Source: an uncultured Flavobacteriaceae bacterium (GTDB taxonomy: Bacteria; Bacteroidota; Bacteroidia; Flavobacteriales; Flavobacteriaceae). From it: DNA of 64,000 bases. The stretch's first letter is position 1. Every line of letters begins with the position of its first letter. Below are positions 1-9,300 of the stretch, one piece after another. Where the stretch lies: the NCBI GenBank assembly GCA_963974245.1, contig CAXBBY010000014.1:5881-69880 (forward strand), given 5' to 3'. Below the pieces are notes generated by a model that saw only the letters and a program-made list of their open reading frames with translations, had not been told where the DNA came from and searched no databases. A program made the translations under genes and the position numbers.

Positions 1-1
1 A

Positions 2-1963
2 TCAGAATTTATTGCAAGAAAAGCAAGAGGTTTAATAGAAATTGAAATAGAAGAGTTACCCGTAATTACAACTGCAAAAGAAGCGAAAGCGAAAGGTAGT
101 TTTATCAATGCACCAAGATCGTTTAGTTTAGGTAATACCGAAAAAGCATTTGCAGATTGTGAGTATGTTTTTGAAGGAGAAACTTTTTCAAACGGACAAG
201 AACATTTATATATTGAAACACAAGGCGCATATGCAGAACCTTTAGAAAACGGAAATATAAAAATCACATCATCTACACAAGGTCCAACTTCTGTACAAGC
301 AATTACGGCAAGAGTATTAGGCATTGCAATGCACAAAATTGAAGTTGATGTAACACGACTTGGTGGTGGATTTGGTGGTAAAGAAGATCAAGCGACGCCT
401 TGGGCTGTAATGGCAGCTTTAGCTACGTTTCATCTGAATCAGTCTGTAAAATTAATTCTAAACCGTCATGATGATTTACGGATGACAGGAAAACGTCATC
501 CATATGAAAGTGCCTATAAAATAGGCTTGTCTAAAGACTTAAAAATACTTGCATATCAAACAGAATTTCTACAAAACTCTGGCGCAGCAGCAGATTTATC
601 TCCTGCAATTGCAGAAAGAACTTTGTTTCATGCAACCAATAGTTATTACGTTCCTAATGTAACCACAAAAGTAATCAGTTGTAAAACCAACTTACCACCA
701 AACACAGCATTTCGTGGTTTTGGTGGTCCGCAAGGAATGTTCGTTATAGAATCTGCCATTGCAAAAGCAGCGCATGAAATCGGTGTGAGTGCAAAACAAA
801 TTCAGGAAGCCAATTTATTGGAGGAAAATGATACATTTTCTTATGGACAAATCGCTAAGAAAGTAGAGGCAAAGAACACATGGAATTCTGCAAAAAAACT
901 ATTTAATAGCGAAGCTTTAGAGCAAGAAGTCGAAGATTTCAACAAAAAAAACAAAGCATTCAAAAAAGGAATCGCTTTTATGCCAATTACTTTTGGAATT
1001 TCATTTACGAACACACCAATGAATCACGCGCGTGCCTTGGTACATATTTATTTAGACGGAAGTGTAGGTATTAGCACTGCTGCGGTAGAAATGGGGCAAG
1101 GTGTCAATACCAAAATGATGCAAATTGCTGCTGATGTATTTTCTATTCCGATTGATAAAATTAAAATAGAAACCACCAATACAACCCGAGTTGCAAATAC
1201 ATCACCATCTGCGGCAAGTTCTACAGCAGATTTAAACGGAAAAGCAACCTTAATGGCGTGTAATTCACTTTTAGAACGCTTAAAAACTGTAGCCTCGGCA
1301 GCATTAAATGTTTCTAAAAAAGACATCACATTAAAAGATGAATTCGCTTATATAAAAGGAAATAAATCAACATTAACTTGGACAGAGTTGATCAGTATAA
1401 CCATGCTAAAGCGGGTAGCTTTAACAGAAAATGCACATTATGCAACTCCAGAAATTCACTTTGATAAAACCAAAGAAAAAGGACATCCTTTTGCATATCA
1501 TGTGTACGGAACGGCAATTATTACCACAACAGTAGATTGTACACGTGGTACGTACGAATTCGATTCAGTTAAAATTGTGCACGATTACGGAAAAAGTATG
1601 AGTGAAGGAATTGATTTAGGTCAAGTTGAAGGAGCATTAATTCAAGGAATTGGTTGGATGACCATGGAAGAAATTGGCTACAATACAGACGGACGATTAC
1701 TTTCAAATGCATTATCAACCTATAAAGTTCCAGATATTTTTTCTATTCCTAAAAGTGTAGAAGTAATTCCTGTTGAAACTGAAGGAAATGAAATGGCAAT
1801 ATTAAAATCGAAAGCAGTTGGAGAACCGCCTTTAATGTATGGAATTGGAGCTTATTTTGCGCTTCAAAACGCCATTAAAGCCTTCAATCCAAATTATGAT
1901 TTAAAATTCCATTCACCAATGACTCCAGAAAAAGTGTTAATGAGTTTATATTCTAAAAACTAA
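2..1963 (+). CDS. xdhB: Xanthine dehydrogenase molybdopterin-binding subunit (XdhB-like), 5'-truncated by window edge
   Basis: Frame is open from base 2 and continues into ORF 329-1963. Motifs RLGGGFGGKE, AFRGFGGPQG, EMGQG, SPSAAS, GQVEGA and SKAVGEPP are typical of xanthine oxidase-family Mo subunits. Confidence 0.85.
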   Translation, partial: SEFIARKARGLIEIEIEELPVITTAKEAKAKGSFINAPRSFSLGNTEKAFADCEYVFEGETFSNGQEHLYIETQGAYAEPLENGNIKITSSTQGPTSVQAITARVLGIAMHKIEVDVTRLGGGFGGKEDQATPWAVMAALATFHLNQSVKLILNRHDDLRMTGKRHPYESAYKIGLSKDLKILAYQTEFLQNSGAAADLSPAIAERTLFHATNSYYVPNVTTKVISCKTNLPPNTAFRGFGGPQGMFVIESAIAKAAHEIGVSAKQIQEANLLEENDTFSYGQIAKKVEAKNTWNSAKKLFNSEALEQEVEDFNKKNKAFKKGIAFMPITFGISFTNTPMNHARALVHIYLDGSVGISTAAVEMGQGVNTKMMQIAADVFSIPIDKIKIETTNTTRVANTSPSAASSTADLNGKATLMACNSLLERLKTVASAALNVSKKDITLKDEFAYIKGNKSTLTWTELISITMLKRVALTENAHYATPEIHFDKTKEKGHPFAYHVYGTAIITTTVDCTRGTYEFDSVKIVHDYGKSMSEGIDLGQVEGALIQGIGWMTMEEIGYNTDGRLLSNALSTYKVPDIFSIPKSVEVIPVETEGNEMAILKSKAVGEPPLMYGIGAYFALQNAIKAFNPNYDLKFHSPMTPEKVLMSLYSKN

Positions 1964-1970
1964 CTGCCTT

Positions 1971-2459
1971 ATCGCACTTCATTATAAAAAATCAAACATT
2001 CTTAAAGGCGCACTTATTTATAGTGCTGGTGATGCCATTGCTGCTGTTTTATTAGATGAATTTTCTTTGTATAGATTACTTGGAATGATGTTTATTGGCG
2101 CTACTTTTTACGCTTTTGAAATTCCTAATTATTTTGATTGGATTGTGAAAAAGACACAGTCTTTAAAAGGAATTAAAGCTACTTTAACTAAAACATTGTT
2201 GGCTATTGTTTACTTTAATCCGTTTTGGATTGCTAGACATTTATTGTTTATAAAATTGTTTTCTGGACAGTTTGATGCCATTAATTTTAATCTTTTAGAA
2301 ATTGCTTTTTGGTCGTTTTTAGTAAATATTCCTATTTCTTTTATCGCCAATTATATCATACAAAACCGATTTAAACTAAAATGGCGTTTTCTTGGATCTG
2401 CTATTTTCTCTGCAATTATGGCAATTTACTACGCACTTAGCGAAACTTTTTTTAGTTAA
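1971..2459 (+). CDS. Membrane protein, Mpv17/PMP22-like; start codon uncertain
   Basis: The called ORF (TTG 2067) extends upstream in frame without a stop: IALHYKKSNILKGALIYSAGDAIAAVLLDEFSL. It has about 4 hydrophobic segments, and GDAIAA resembles the Mpv17 GD-x-x-AQ motif. Confidence 0.5.
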   Translation: MALHYKKSNILKGALIYSAGDAIAAVLLDEFSLYRLLGMMFIGATFYAFEIPNYFDWIVKKTQSLKGIKATLTKTLLAIVYFNPFWIARHLLFIKLFSGQFDAINFNLLEIAFWSFLVNIPISFIANYIIQNRFKLKWRFLGSAIFSAIMAIYYALSETFFS

Positions 2460-2501
2460 TTTTCATAAAACTTAAAAATATATAATTTTCTTGTTAATTG
2501 T

Positions 2502-2542
2502 ATTTAAGTATTTGCTTAAATGCGTAAATAGTTATATGTTTG
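2502..2542 (+). promoter_or_regulatory. Bacteroidetes sigma70 promoter overlapped by ArsR-type operator
   Basis: Inverted repeat ATTTAAGTA-TT-TGCTTAAAT (2502-2521, 1 mismatch) is centred on the -33 box TTTG (2511-2514). The -7 box TATGTTTG is at 2535-2542, with a 20-nt spacer. Confidence 0.75.
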
Positions 2543-2562
2543 TTTATTAAAACAAAAATAGT

Positions 2563-2934
2563 ATGAAATTAGAAGTAACCTGTACACGAGTAGAAGCCAA
2601 CCACAAACAATTACAAAACTGTATGGATACATTAGATAAGATGAAATATAGTTTTGAAAAAATAACAAAATTACTATCTATTACTGGAAATGATGTCAGA
2701 TTAAAAATTCTATATCTCTTAAATATAGAAAAAGAACTTTGCCCGTGTGATTTAGCAGATATTTTAAAAATGAGTGTACCGGCAATTTCCCAGCACATTC
2801 GTAAAATTAAAGACGCAGGAATTATTACGGCGAGACGTGATGGCCAAACGCTTTACTATTCATTAAATAATGATGAAACAGCTATTTTAAAGAGTATTTT
2901 TAAGTCAATAAAATTAGAAAGAAAAACAGCCTAA
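2563..2934 (+). CDS. ArsR/SmtB-family metalloregulator
   Basis: RLKILYLL..ELCPCDLADILKMSVPAISQHIRKIKDAGII..RRDGQTLYYSL winged HTH with a CxC site; heads the mer module. Confidence 0.9.
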   Translation: MKLEVTCTRVEANHKQLQNCMDTLDKMKYSFEKITKLLSITGNDVRLKILYLLNIEKELCPCDLADILKMSVPAISQHIRKIKDAGIITARRDGQTLYYSLNNDETAILKSIFKSIKLERKTA

Positions 2935-2945
2935 ATATTAAAATT

Positions 2946-3566
2946 ATGAGTACAGAAAAAACATCGAAAACATCAAAAAATGCAGCTTATACAGGGTTAT
3001 TTGCTGCCGTAGCAGCATCATCCTGCTGTATTCCACCAGTTATTGCATTAATTGCCGGAGTTGGTGGTAGTGCCTCTATGCTATCTTGGATGGAACCTTT
3101 TAGACCTTATCTTATAGGATTGGCAGTGTTGGCGATAGGTTACGCTTGGTATAGTTATTTAAAAACCAAAAAAGCAGATGATTGTTGTGAAGTAGATGCA
3201 AAACCAAAATGGTATCAAACCAAAGGGTTTTTAATTGTGATTACTCTCTTCTCTGCAATTTCAATAGCCTTTCCTTATTATTCATCAATTTTTTATCCAA
3301 ACAATAAAAAAGAAATTACAGTTGTTAAACAATCAAACATTGAAACACTAAATTTTGATGTTAAAGGAATGACTTGCGCCTCTTGTGAATTATCCATTGT
3401 GCATGCGGTAAATGAATTAGGAGGTATTGTTGATGTAGTAGCGTCCTTTGATAAATCAAATACTACCGTAGCGTTTGATAATTCGAAAATTTCTAAGAAA
3501 GACATTGAAAAAGCAATAAATTCAACAGGATATAAAGTGGTTAATAAAGTAAAAAATGAAGACTAA
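2946..3566 (+). CDS. merTP: Mercuric transporter MerT fused to HMA domain (MerTP type)
   Basis: SSCC pair in TM1, DDCC loop pair, 3 TM segments, C-terminal GMTCASC HMA domain. Confidence 0.85.
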   Translation: MSTEKTSKTSKNAAYTGLFAAVAASSCCIPPVIALIAGVGGSASMLSWMEPFRPYLIGLAVLAIGYAWYSYLKTKKADDCCEVDAKPKWYQTKGFLIVITLFSAISIAFPYYSSIFYPNNKKEITVVKQSNIETLNFDVKGMTCASCELSIVHAVNELGGIVDVVASFDKSNTTVAFDNSKISKKDIEKAINSTGYKVVNKVKNED

Positions 3567-5253
3567 AATAATACATCTAAATATTAATGGAATGACCTGT
3601 AGTGGCTGTTCATCTCATATTGAAAAAGATATGAATGCAAAAGAGGGCGTTTTAAGCAGTGCCGTAAACCACGAAACCGGAATTGGGGAATTTATTATCG
3701 ATACCAATAAAATGGATAGGGAAAAATTAATCGATGCAGTAAATAACATTGGCGATTATTCGGTTATCAATGAAGCGGAAAAGAAAATTACTGTTGTTTC
3801 AAATTTGGAGAATACTACTATGAAAGATAGTTCAAACGATAAAAACGATTACGATTTGATTATCGTTGGTGGTGGTTCTGCAGCATTTTCAGCAGCCATA
3901 AAAGCTGAAGGGTTGAGGCTAACAACACTCATGGTAAATGCTGGGTTGGATTTTGGCGGCACCTGTGTGAATGTGGGCTGTGTGCCTTCCAAAAATTTAA
4001 TTCGGGCTGCCGAAACGGTATATCATGCTACGCATTCTAATTTTAAAGGCATCAAACCAAGAGGTGTAGATATTGATTTTAAACAAATCATTAAAGATAA
4101 AAAAGAGTTGGTTTCCGCATTACAGCAACAAAAATATATGGATGTTGTGAGTCATTTTGAAAACCTGACCATGCTAAAAGGTTGGGCAAAATTTGTAGAT
4201 ACAAATACGATTCTTGTGGATGGTAAAGATAAATACAGCGCAACGAACATCATTATAGCAACAGGTGCAACCACCAACATTCCAAACATTGAAGGATTAA
4301 ATAATGTTGGCTACTTAACCAATATATCCTTATTTGATTTGGAAGAAAAACCGGAAAGCCTGACCATTATGGGAGCTGGCTATATTGGCTTGGAAATAGC
4401 CATGGCATACAACCGTTTGGGTGTTAAAGTGCGTATCATTGAATTTACCAATAGATCTTTACGCACTCAAACGAAGGATATTACCGATGTGTTGGAAGTT
4501 CAAATGAAAAGCGAAGGCATTGATTTTTTGCCAAATTTCAGGGCCTTTAAATTTGAAAAAGAAGGCGATAACACGATTATCCATTGCAAATGTCCAGACG
4601 GAACGACAACGCAACTTATTGAAAAAGGCAAGATTTTAGTGGCTACAGGCACCAAACCCAACACGTCTAAATTGGGTCTTGAAAATATTGACTTAAAACG
4701 AACAGAAAGAGGGCATATAGTTGTTAATGAAAAAATGGAAACCAATATTCCCAATATTTATGCTGTCGGGGATGTCGCCAATACACCGGCCTTTGTCTAT
4801 ACGGCTGCAACCGAAGGAAACACAGCAGTAAATAACGCTTTTTCGTTGTCTAAAAGCAGTGTGGATTATTCCTCATTACCCTGGGTGGTTTTTACCGATC
4901 CACAAATTGCAGGAGCAGGCATGGACGAAATAGAAGCAGAAGCAAAAGGGATTCCTTTCGAAGTATCAAAATTAGATTTAATACATGTTCCAAGAGCATT
5001 GGCAGCACAAGACACAAGAGGTTTCATTAAATTGATCCGCAATACTGAAACCGATAAACTAATAGGAGGAAGAGTTATAGCACCAGAAGGAGGCGAACTC
5101 ATTCAACAGCTAAGTATGGCAATTAAATTTGGAATTACTGTAAAAGATTTAGCTGAAAGTTTTTATCCGTATTTAACTTTGAGTGAAGGCATCAAATTAG
5201 CAGCAATTACTTTTGGAAAAGACGTTTCTAAATTGAGTTGTTGTGCAAGCTGA
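3556..5253 (+). CDS. merA: Mercuric reductase
   Basis: N-terminal HMA GMTCSGC, GGGSAA FAD site, GGTCVNVGCVPSK redox centre, C-terminal CC pair (SCCAS). Confidence 0.93.
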   Translation: MKTKIIHLNINGMTCSGCSSHIEKDMNAKEGVLSSAVNHETGIGEFIIDTNKMDREKLIDAVNNIGDYSVINEAEKKITVVSNLENTTMKDSSNDKNDYDLIIVGGGSAAFSAAIKAEGLRLTTLMVNAGLDFGGTCVNVGCVPSKNLIRAAETVYHATHSNFKGIKPRGVDIDFKQIIKDKKELVSALQQQKYMDVVSHFENLTMLKGWAKFVDTNTILVDGKDKYSATNIIIATGATTNIPNIEGLNNVGYLTNISLFDLEEKPESLTIMGAGYIGLEIAMAYNRLGVKVRIIEFTNRSLRTQTKDITDVLEVQMKSEGIDFLPNFRAFKFEKEGDNTIIHCKCPDGTTTQLIEKGKILVATGTKPNTSKLGLENIDLKRTERGHIVVNEKMETNIPNIYAVGDVANTPAFVYTAATEGNTAVNNAFSLSKSSVDYSSLPWVVFTDPQIAGAGMDEIEAEAKGIPFEVSKLDLIHVPRALAAQDTRGFIKLIRNTETDKLIGGRVIAPEGGELIQQLSMAIKFGITVKDLAESFYPYLTLSEGIKLAAITFGKDVSKLSCCAS

Positions 5254-5417
5254 TTTTAAAATAAAGCCTCAAAAAATTACAATTATAAATAATTTGTGAA
5301 TAATGTGTTCTCGAATTAAATTAAAAGTGTCTATTTTTATGATTAAAATGTTATACTGACTACTTAATATTTTAAAAATCTAATTTAAATGGTAAATAAT
5401 TAATTCAATAAAAATCT

Positions 5418-7058
5418 ATGAAAGCATCTGATTTATTTATAAAAGCATTAGAAAACGAAGATGTAGAATACATCTTCGGTATTCCTGGTGAAGAAAATTT
5501 GGATTTTCTTGATTCTATGAAAGATTCTAAAATCAAATTAATTCTTACTCGCCATGAACAAGGTGCTGGTTTTATGGCTGCAACCTATGGTCGCTTAACA
5601 GGAAAGCCAGGAGTTTGTCTTTCTACTTTAGGTCCTGGAGCAACAAATTTAACAACACCTGCAGCTTATGCCCAATTGGGTGCAATGCCAATGATGATGA
5701 TAACAGGACAAAAACCAATTAAGAAATCAAAACAAGGTCGCTTTCAAATTGTAGATATCGTTGAGTTAATGAAACCCATCACAAAATACACAAAACAAAT
5801 TGTAAACGGGAATAACATTGGCTCTTTAGTTAGAGAATCTTTTCGATTAGCAATGGAAGAAAGACCTGGAGCTGTTCACTTAGAACTACCTGAAGATATT
5901 GCGGCAGAAGAATGTGATGATAGAATTTTTGAAGTAGTTGGACATAGAAGGCCAGATGCAGATGAAATGGCAATCCAAGAAGCATCAAAAATGATTGAAA
6001 AAGCAAAAATGCCTTTATTATTAATTGGAGCTGGCGCAAATAGAAAAAGAACAAGTAAAGCCTTACAAGCATTCATAGATAAAACAGGGATTCCTTTTTT
6101 TAATACACAGATGGGTAAAGGAGTGGTTGATGAGCGTCATCCTAAATTTTTAGGAACTGCGGCATTATCAGCAGATGATTTTTTGCACTGTGCAATTGAT
6201 AGAGCAGATTTAATTATTAATGTAGGGCATGATGTAATTGAAAAACCTCCATTTTTCATGGAAGAAGGGGGCACAAAAGTAATTCATATTAATTTCTTTC
6301 CAGCACAAGTAGATACCGTTTATTTTCCACAATTAAATGTGATTGGAGACATTGCGTCTTCGGTAATTCATATTGCAAAACATATTAATAATTATTCTAA
6401 TTGGGATTTATCATATTTTGGAAGAATTAAAGATGAAGTAGAAGAGCATCTTACCAAGTATTCAAAAGATCATCGTTTTCCAATTTTACCACAACGATTG
6501 GTTCATTTAGTTAGAGAAGAATTACCAGAAGATGGAATTATAACTCTAGATAATGGTGTTTATAAAATTTGGTTTGCAAGAAACTACAAATGTTACCAGC
6601 CAAATACGTTGTTGTTAGATAACGCATTAGCAACAATGGGAGCTGGCTTACCTTCTGCAATGTTAGCTAAATTGATTAATCCAACTAAAAAAGTTATTTC
6701 TGTTTGTGGTGATGGTGGATTTATGATGAATTCTCAAGAGTTAGAAACGGCAACTCGCTTAGGTTTAAATATGGTTGTAATCATTTTAAATGATAGTGCT
6801 TACGGAATGATAAAGTGGAAACAAGAAGGAATGGGCTTTGATAATTTTGGATTGGATTACAAAAACCCTGATTTTGTGAAATATGCAGAAAGTTATGGTG
6901 CTATTGGTCACCGACCAACATCTGATGATAATTTTAAAGAAATATTATCAAAATGTTTACATACAGATGGTGTGCATGTGATTGATTTAGCAGTTGATTA
7001 TTCATTGAATCACTCTATTTTAAATGTATTACTAAAAGAGAAAACGTGTATCTTATAA
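5418..7058 (+). CDS. ThDP-dependent enzyme, acetolactate-synthase-large-subunit-like (possible 2-oxoacid decarboxylase)
   Basis: GIPGEENL, TRHEQGAGFMA, STLGPGATN and GDGGFMMN...ND ThDP motif; no small subunit gene follows. Confidence 0.85.
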   Translation: MKASDLFIKALENEDVEYIFGIPGEENLDFLDSMKDSKIKLILTRHEQGAGFMAATYGRLTGKPGVCLSTLGPGATNLTTPAAYAQLGAMPMMMITGQKPIKKSKQGRFQIVDIVELMKPITKYTKQIVNGNNIGSLVRESFRLAMEERPGAVHLELPEDIAAEECDDRIFEVVGHRRPDADEMAIQEASKMIEKAKMPLLLIGAGANRKRTSKALQAFIDKTGIPFFNTQMGKGVVDERHPKFLGTAALSADDFLHCAIDRADLIINVGHDVIEKPPFFMEEGGTKVIHINFFPAQVDTVYFPQLNVIGDIASSVIHIAKHINNYSNWDLSYFGRIKDEVEEHLTKYSKDHRFPILPQRLVHLVREELPEDGIITLDNGVYKIWFARNYKCYQPNTLLLDNALATMGAGLPSAMLAKLINPTKKVISVCGDGGFMMNSQELETATRLGLNMVVIILNDSAYGMIKWKQEGMGFDNFGLDYKNPDFVKYAESYGAIGHRPTSDDNFKEILSKCLHTDGVHVIDLAVDYSLNHSILNVLLKEKTCIL

Positions 7059-7068
7059 AAAATTAAAA

Positions 7069-8454
7069 ATGTTACAGATTACATCACCCTATGATTTAAG
7101 TATTATCAAAGAAATTCCTCTAGTAGGAAAAGTTGAAGTAGAAAAAGCACTTTCAAAAGCTTACTCTTTATTTCAAAATCAAAGTAAATGGATTCCTGCA
7201 CATGAGCGAATTTCCATTTTAAAAAGAACTACATCAATTATGAATTCCAGAATTGATGAGTTAACTAAAACGGCAGCTCAAGAAGGTGGAAAACCGTTAG
7301 TAGATTCTAAAATTGAAGTATTAAGAGCCATCAATGGCGTAGAATTAGCAGCAGAACATATTGGTCAATTAAAAGGAGAACAAATTCCGATGGGATTAAC
7401 AAAAGCCTCTGAAAATCGTTTGGGCTTTACCACTCGTGAACCTATTGGTGTTGTGAGTTCTATAAGCGCTTTTAATCATCCATTAAATTTAATTGTACAT
7501 CAAGTGGTAACTGCAGTTGCTGCTGGTTGTCCTGTAATTGTAAAACCTGCGTTAACTACACCTTTATCTTGCTTGGCTTTAGTAGCTATTTTAAAAGAAG
7601 CTGGTTTGCCTGACGGTTGGTGTCAAGTTATCATTTGCGAAAACGAGACTGCAGAATTATTAGTAACTGATAAACGAATTAATTATTTTTCATTTATTGG
7701 TTCAGCAAAAGTAGGTTGGTATTTAAAATCAAAATTAGCTCCAGGAACAAGGTGTGCTTTAGAACATGGTGGAGCAGCTCCTGTAATTGTAGAAAAAGAT
7801 GCTGACTTTAAAGAAATGATACCAGCACTTTTAAAAGGTGGTTTTTACCATGCAGGACAAGTTTGTGTTTCGGTACAGCGTGTTTTTGTTCATGAATCTA
7901 TTTGCGAAAATGTTGCCAATAAATTAGCAGAAATGGCTAGTAAATTAGTTGTTGGAAATCAAATGGACGAAAAAACAGAAGTAGGACCACTAATTTTACC
8001 AAGAGAAGTAAATAGGGTGGAAGAATGGGTAAACGAAGCTGTAACTGGTGGAGCTAAAGTGTTAACTGGTGGAAAACGAATTTCAGGAACTTGTTATGCC
8101 CCAACCGTTTTGTTAAATCCACCATTAAATGCAAAAGTTTCTAAATTAGAAATTTTTGGTCCTGTGGTTTGTGTTTATTCTTATTTTGATAGAGATAAAG
8201 CAATAAAAATTGCGAATAGTTTAGATGTACATTTTCAAGCTTCCGTATTTACTAAGAATTTAGATGTTGCATTGGATTGTGTTAAAAAATTAAATGCAAC
8301 TGCTGTAATGGTAAATGATCATACTGCTTTTAGAGTAGATTGGATGCCTTTTGGAGGAAGAGATGCATCTGGTTTTGGAATGGGTGGTATTCAATATTCT
8401 ATGCATGAAATGACTAGAGAAAAATTAATGGTTATTAAAAGTGATGTATTATAA
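7069..8454 (+). CDS. Aldehyde dehydrogenase (ALDH21/RL0313-like subgroup)
   Basis: AFNHPLN, FIGSAKVG, LEHGGAAP (catalytic Glu), GQVCVS (catalytic Cys), EIFGP, MPFGG. Confidence 0.9.
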   Translation: MLQITSPYDLSIIKEIPLVGKVEVEKALSKAYSLFQNQSKWIPAHERISILKRTTSIMNSRIDELTKTAAQEGGKPLVDSKIEVLRAINGVELAAEHIGQLKGEQIPMGLTKASENRLGFTTREPIGVVSSISAFNHPLNLIVHQVVTAVAAGCPVIVKPALTTPLSCLALVAILKEAGLPDGWCQVIICENETAELLVTDKRINYFSFIGSAKVGWYLKSKLAPGTRCALEHGGAAPVIVEKDADFKEMIPALLKGGFYHAGQVCVSVQRVFVHESICENVANKLAEMASKLVVGNQMDEKTEVGPLILPREVNRVEEWVNEAVTGGAKVLTGGKRISGTCYAPTVLLNPPLNAKVSKLEIFGPVVCVYSYFDRDKAIKIANSLDVHFQASVFTKNLDVALDCVKKLNATAVMVNDHTAFRVDWMPFGGRDASGFGMGGIQYSMHEMTREKLMVIKSDVL

Positions 8455-8500
8455 ATATAAAAAGTTATTTTCTAAATGATTAATAGCTTTTAAATAAAAC

Positions 8501-8534
8501 AAAAAAGGTTGTCTATATTAGACAACCTTTTTTT
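8501..8534. terminator. Bidirectional intrinsic terminator
   Basis: AAAAAAGGTTGTCTA-TAT-TAGACAACCTTTTTTT perfect hairpin between convergent genes. Confidence 0.9.
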
Positions 8535-8548
8535 ATGAATGGATAATT

Positions 8549-9229
8549 TTATGATTTCAAACTTTCTAACAACTTCTCAGCAACTAATTCTGATGATGCT
8601 GGGTTTTGACCTGTAATTAAATTTCCATCTTGAATAGCATAAGCCGCCCAATCCTCTTTTTTAGAGTAGATTCCGCCATTTTTACTCAACATATCTTCAA
8701 CTAAAAATGGTACGACGTCTGTAAGTCCAACTGCTGCTTCTTCAGTATTTGTAAAACCGGTTACTTTTCTTCCTTTTACTAAAGGTGTACCATCTGCATT
8801 TTTCACATCTTTTAAAGCTGCTGGTGCATGACATACAAAAGAAATTGGTTTCTTTTGACTATTGAATTTTTCAATTAAAGCAATTGAATTTTCGTCATTT
8901 GCTAAATCCCATAAAGGACCATGACCACCTGGATAAAATACAGCATCAAAATCATCTGCATTCATGTCTGCCAATACTTTTGTGTTTGCAATTTTTGCTT
9001 TTGCATCCGCATCTTTATTAAAACGATCTGTAGCTTCTGTTGCTGCATCTGGCGAATCGCTACTTGGGTCAATAGGTGCAGCGCCACCTTTTGGAGTTGC
9101 AATTGTAATTGTTGCTCCTTTATCTAATAAAGTATAATATGGGTTTGCAAATTCTTCAACCCAAAAGCCTGTTTTTTTTCCTGTATCTCCTAATTGATCA
9201 TGAGATGTTACTACAAATAATATATTCAT
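8549..9229 (-). CDS. DJ-1/PfpI (Hsp31-like glyoxalase III) family protein
   Basis: TGFWVEE, PGGHGPLWDL, VCHAP nucleophile elbow, ITGQNPAS. Confidence 0.88.
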   Translation of the reverse strand: MNILFVVTSHDQLGDTGKKTGFWVEEFANPYYTLLDKGATITIATPKGGAAPIDPSSDSPDAATEATDRFNKDADAKAKIANTKVLADMNADDFDAVFYPGGHGPLWDLANDENSIALIEKFNSQKKPISFVCHAPAALKDVKNADGTPLVKGRKVTGFTNTEEAAVGLTDVVPFLVEDMLSKNGGIYSKKEDWAAYAIQDGNLITGQNPASSELVAEKLLESLKS

Positions 9230-9300
9230 TTTTTTTTATTTTAATTTTTGATTATTTCTTCTGAATCTCTTTCAGAAAGTGTTTCTTTTTTTTATCAATT

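Noticed and set aside
2460-5417. mer module as a transposon
   Set aside because: No transposase, resolvase, terminal inverted repeats or target duplication found by eye.
5418-7058. Assigning the symbol ilvB
   Set aside because: No regulatory subunit or ilvC/ilvD nearby, and the gene is paired with an ALDH, so function is left open.
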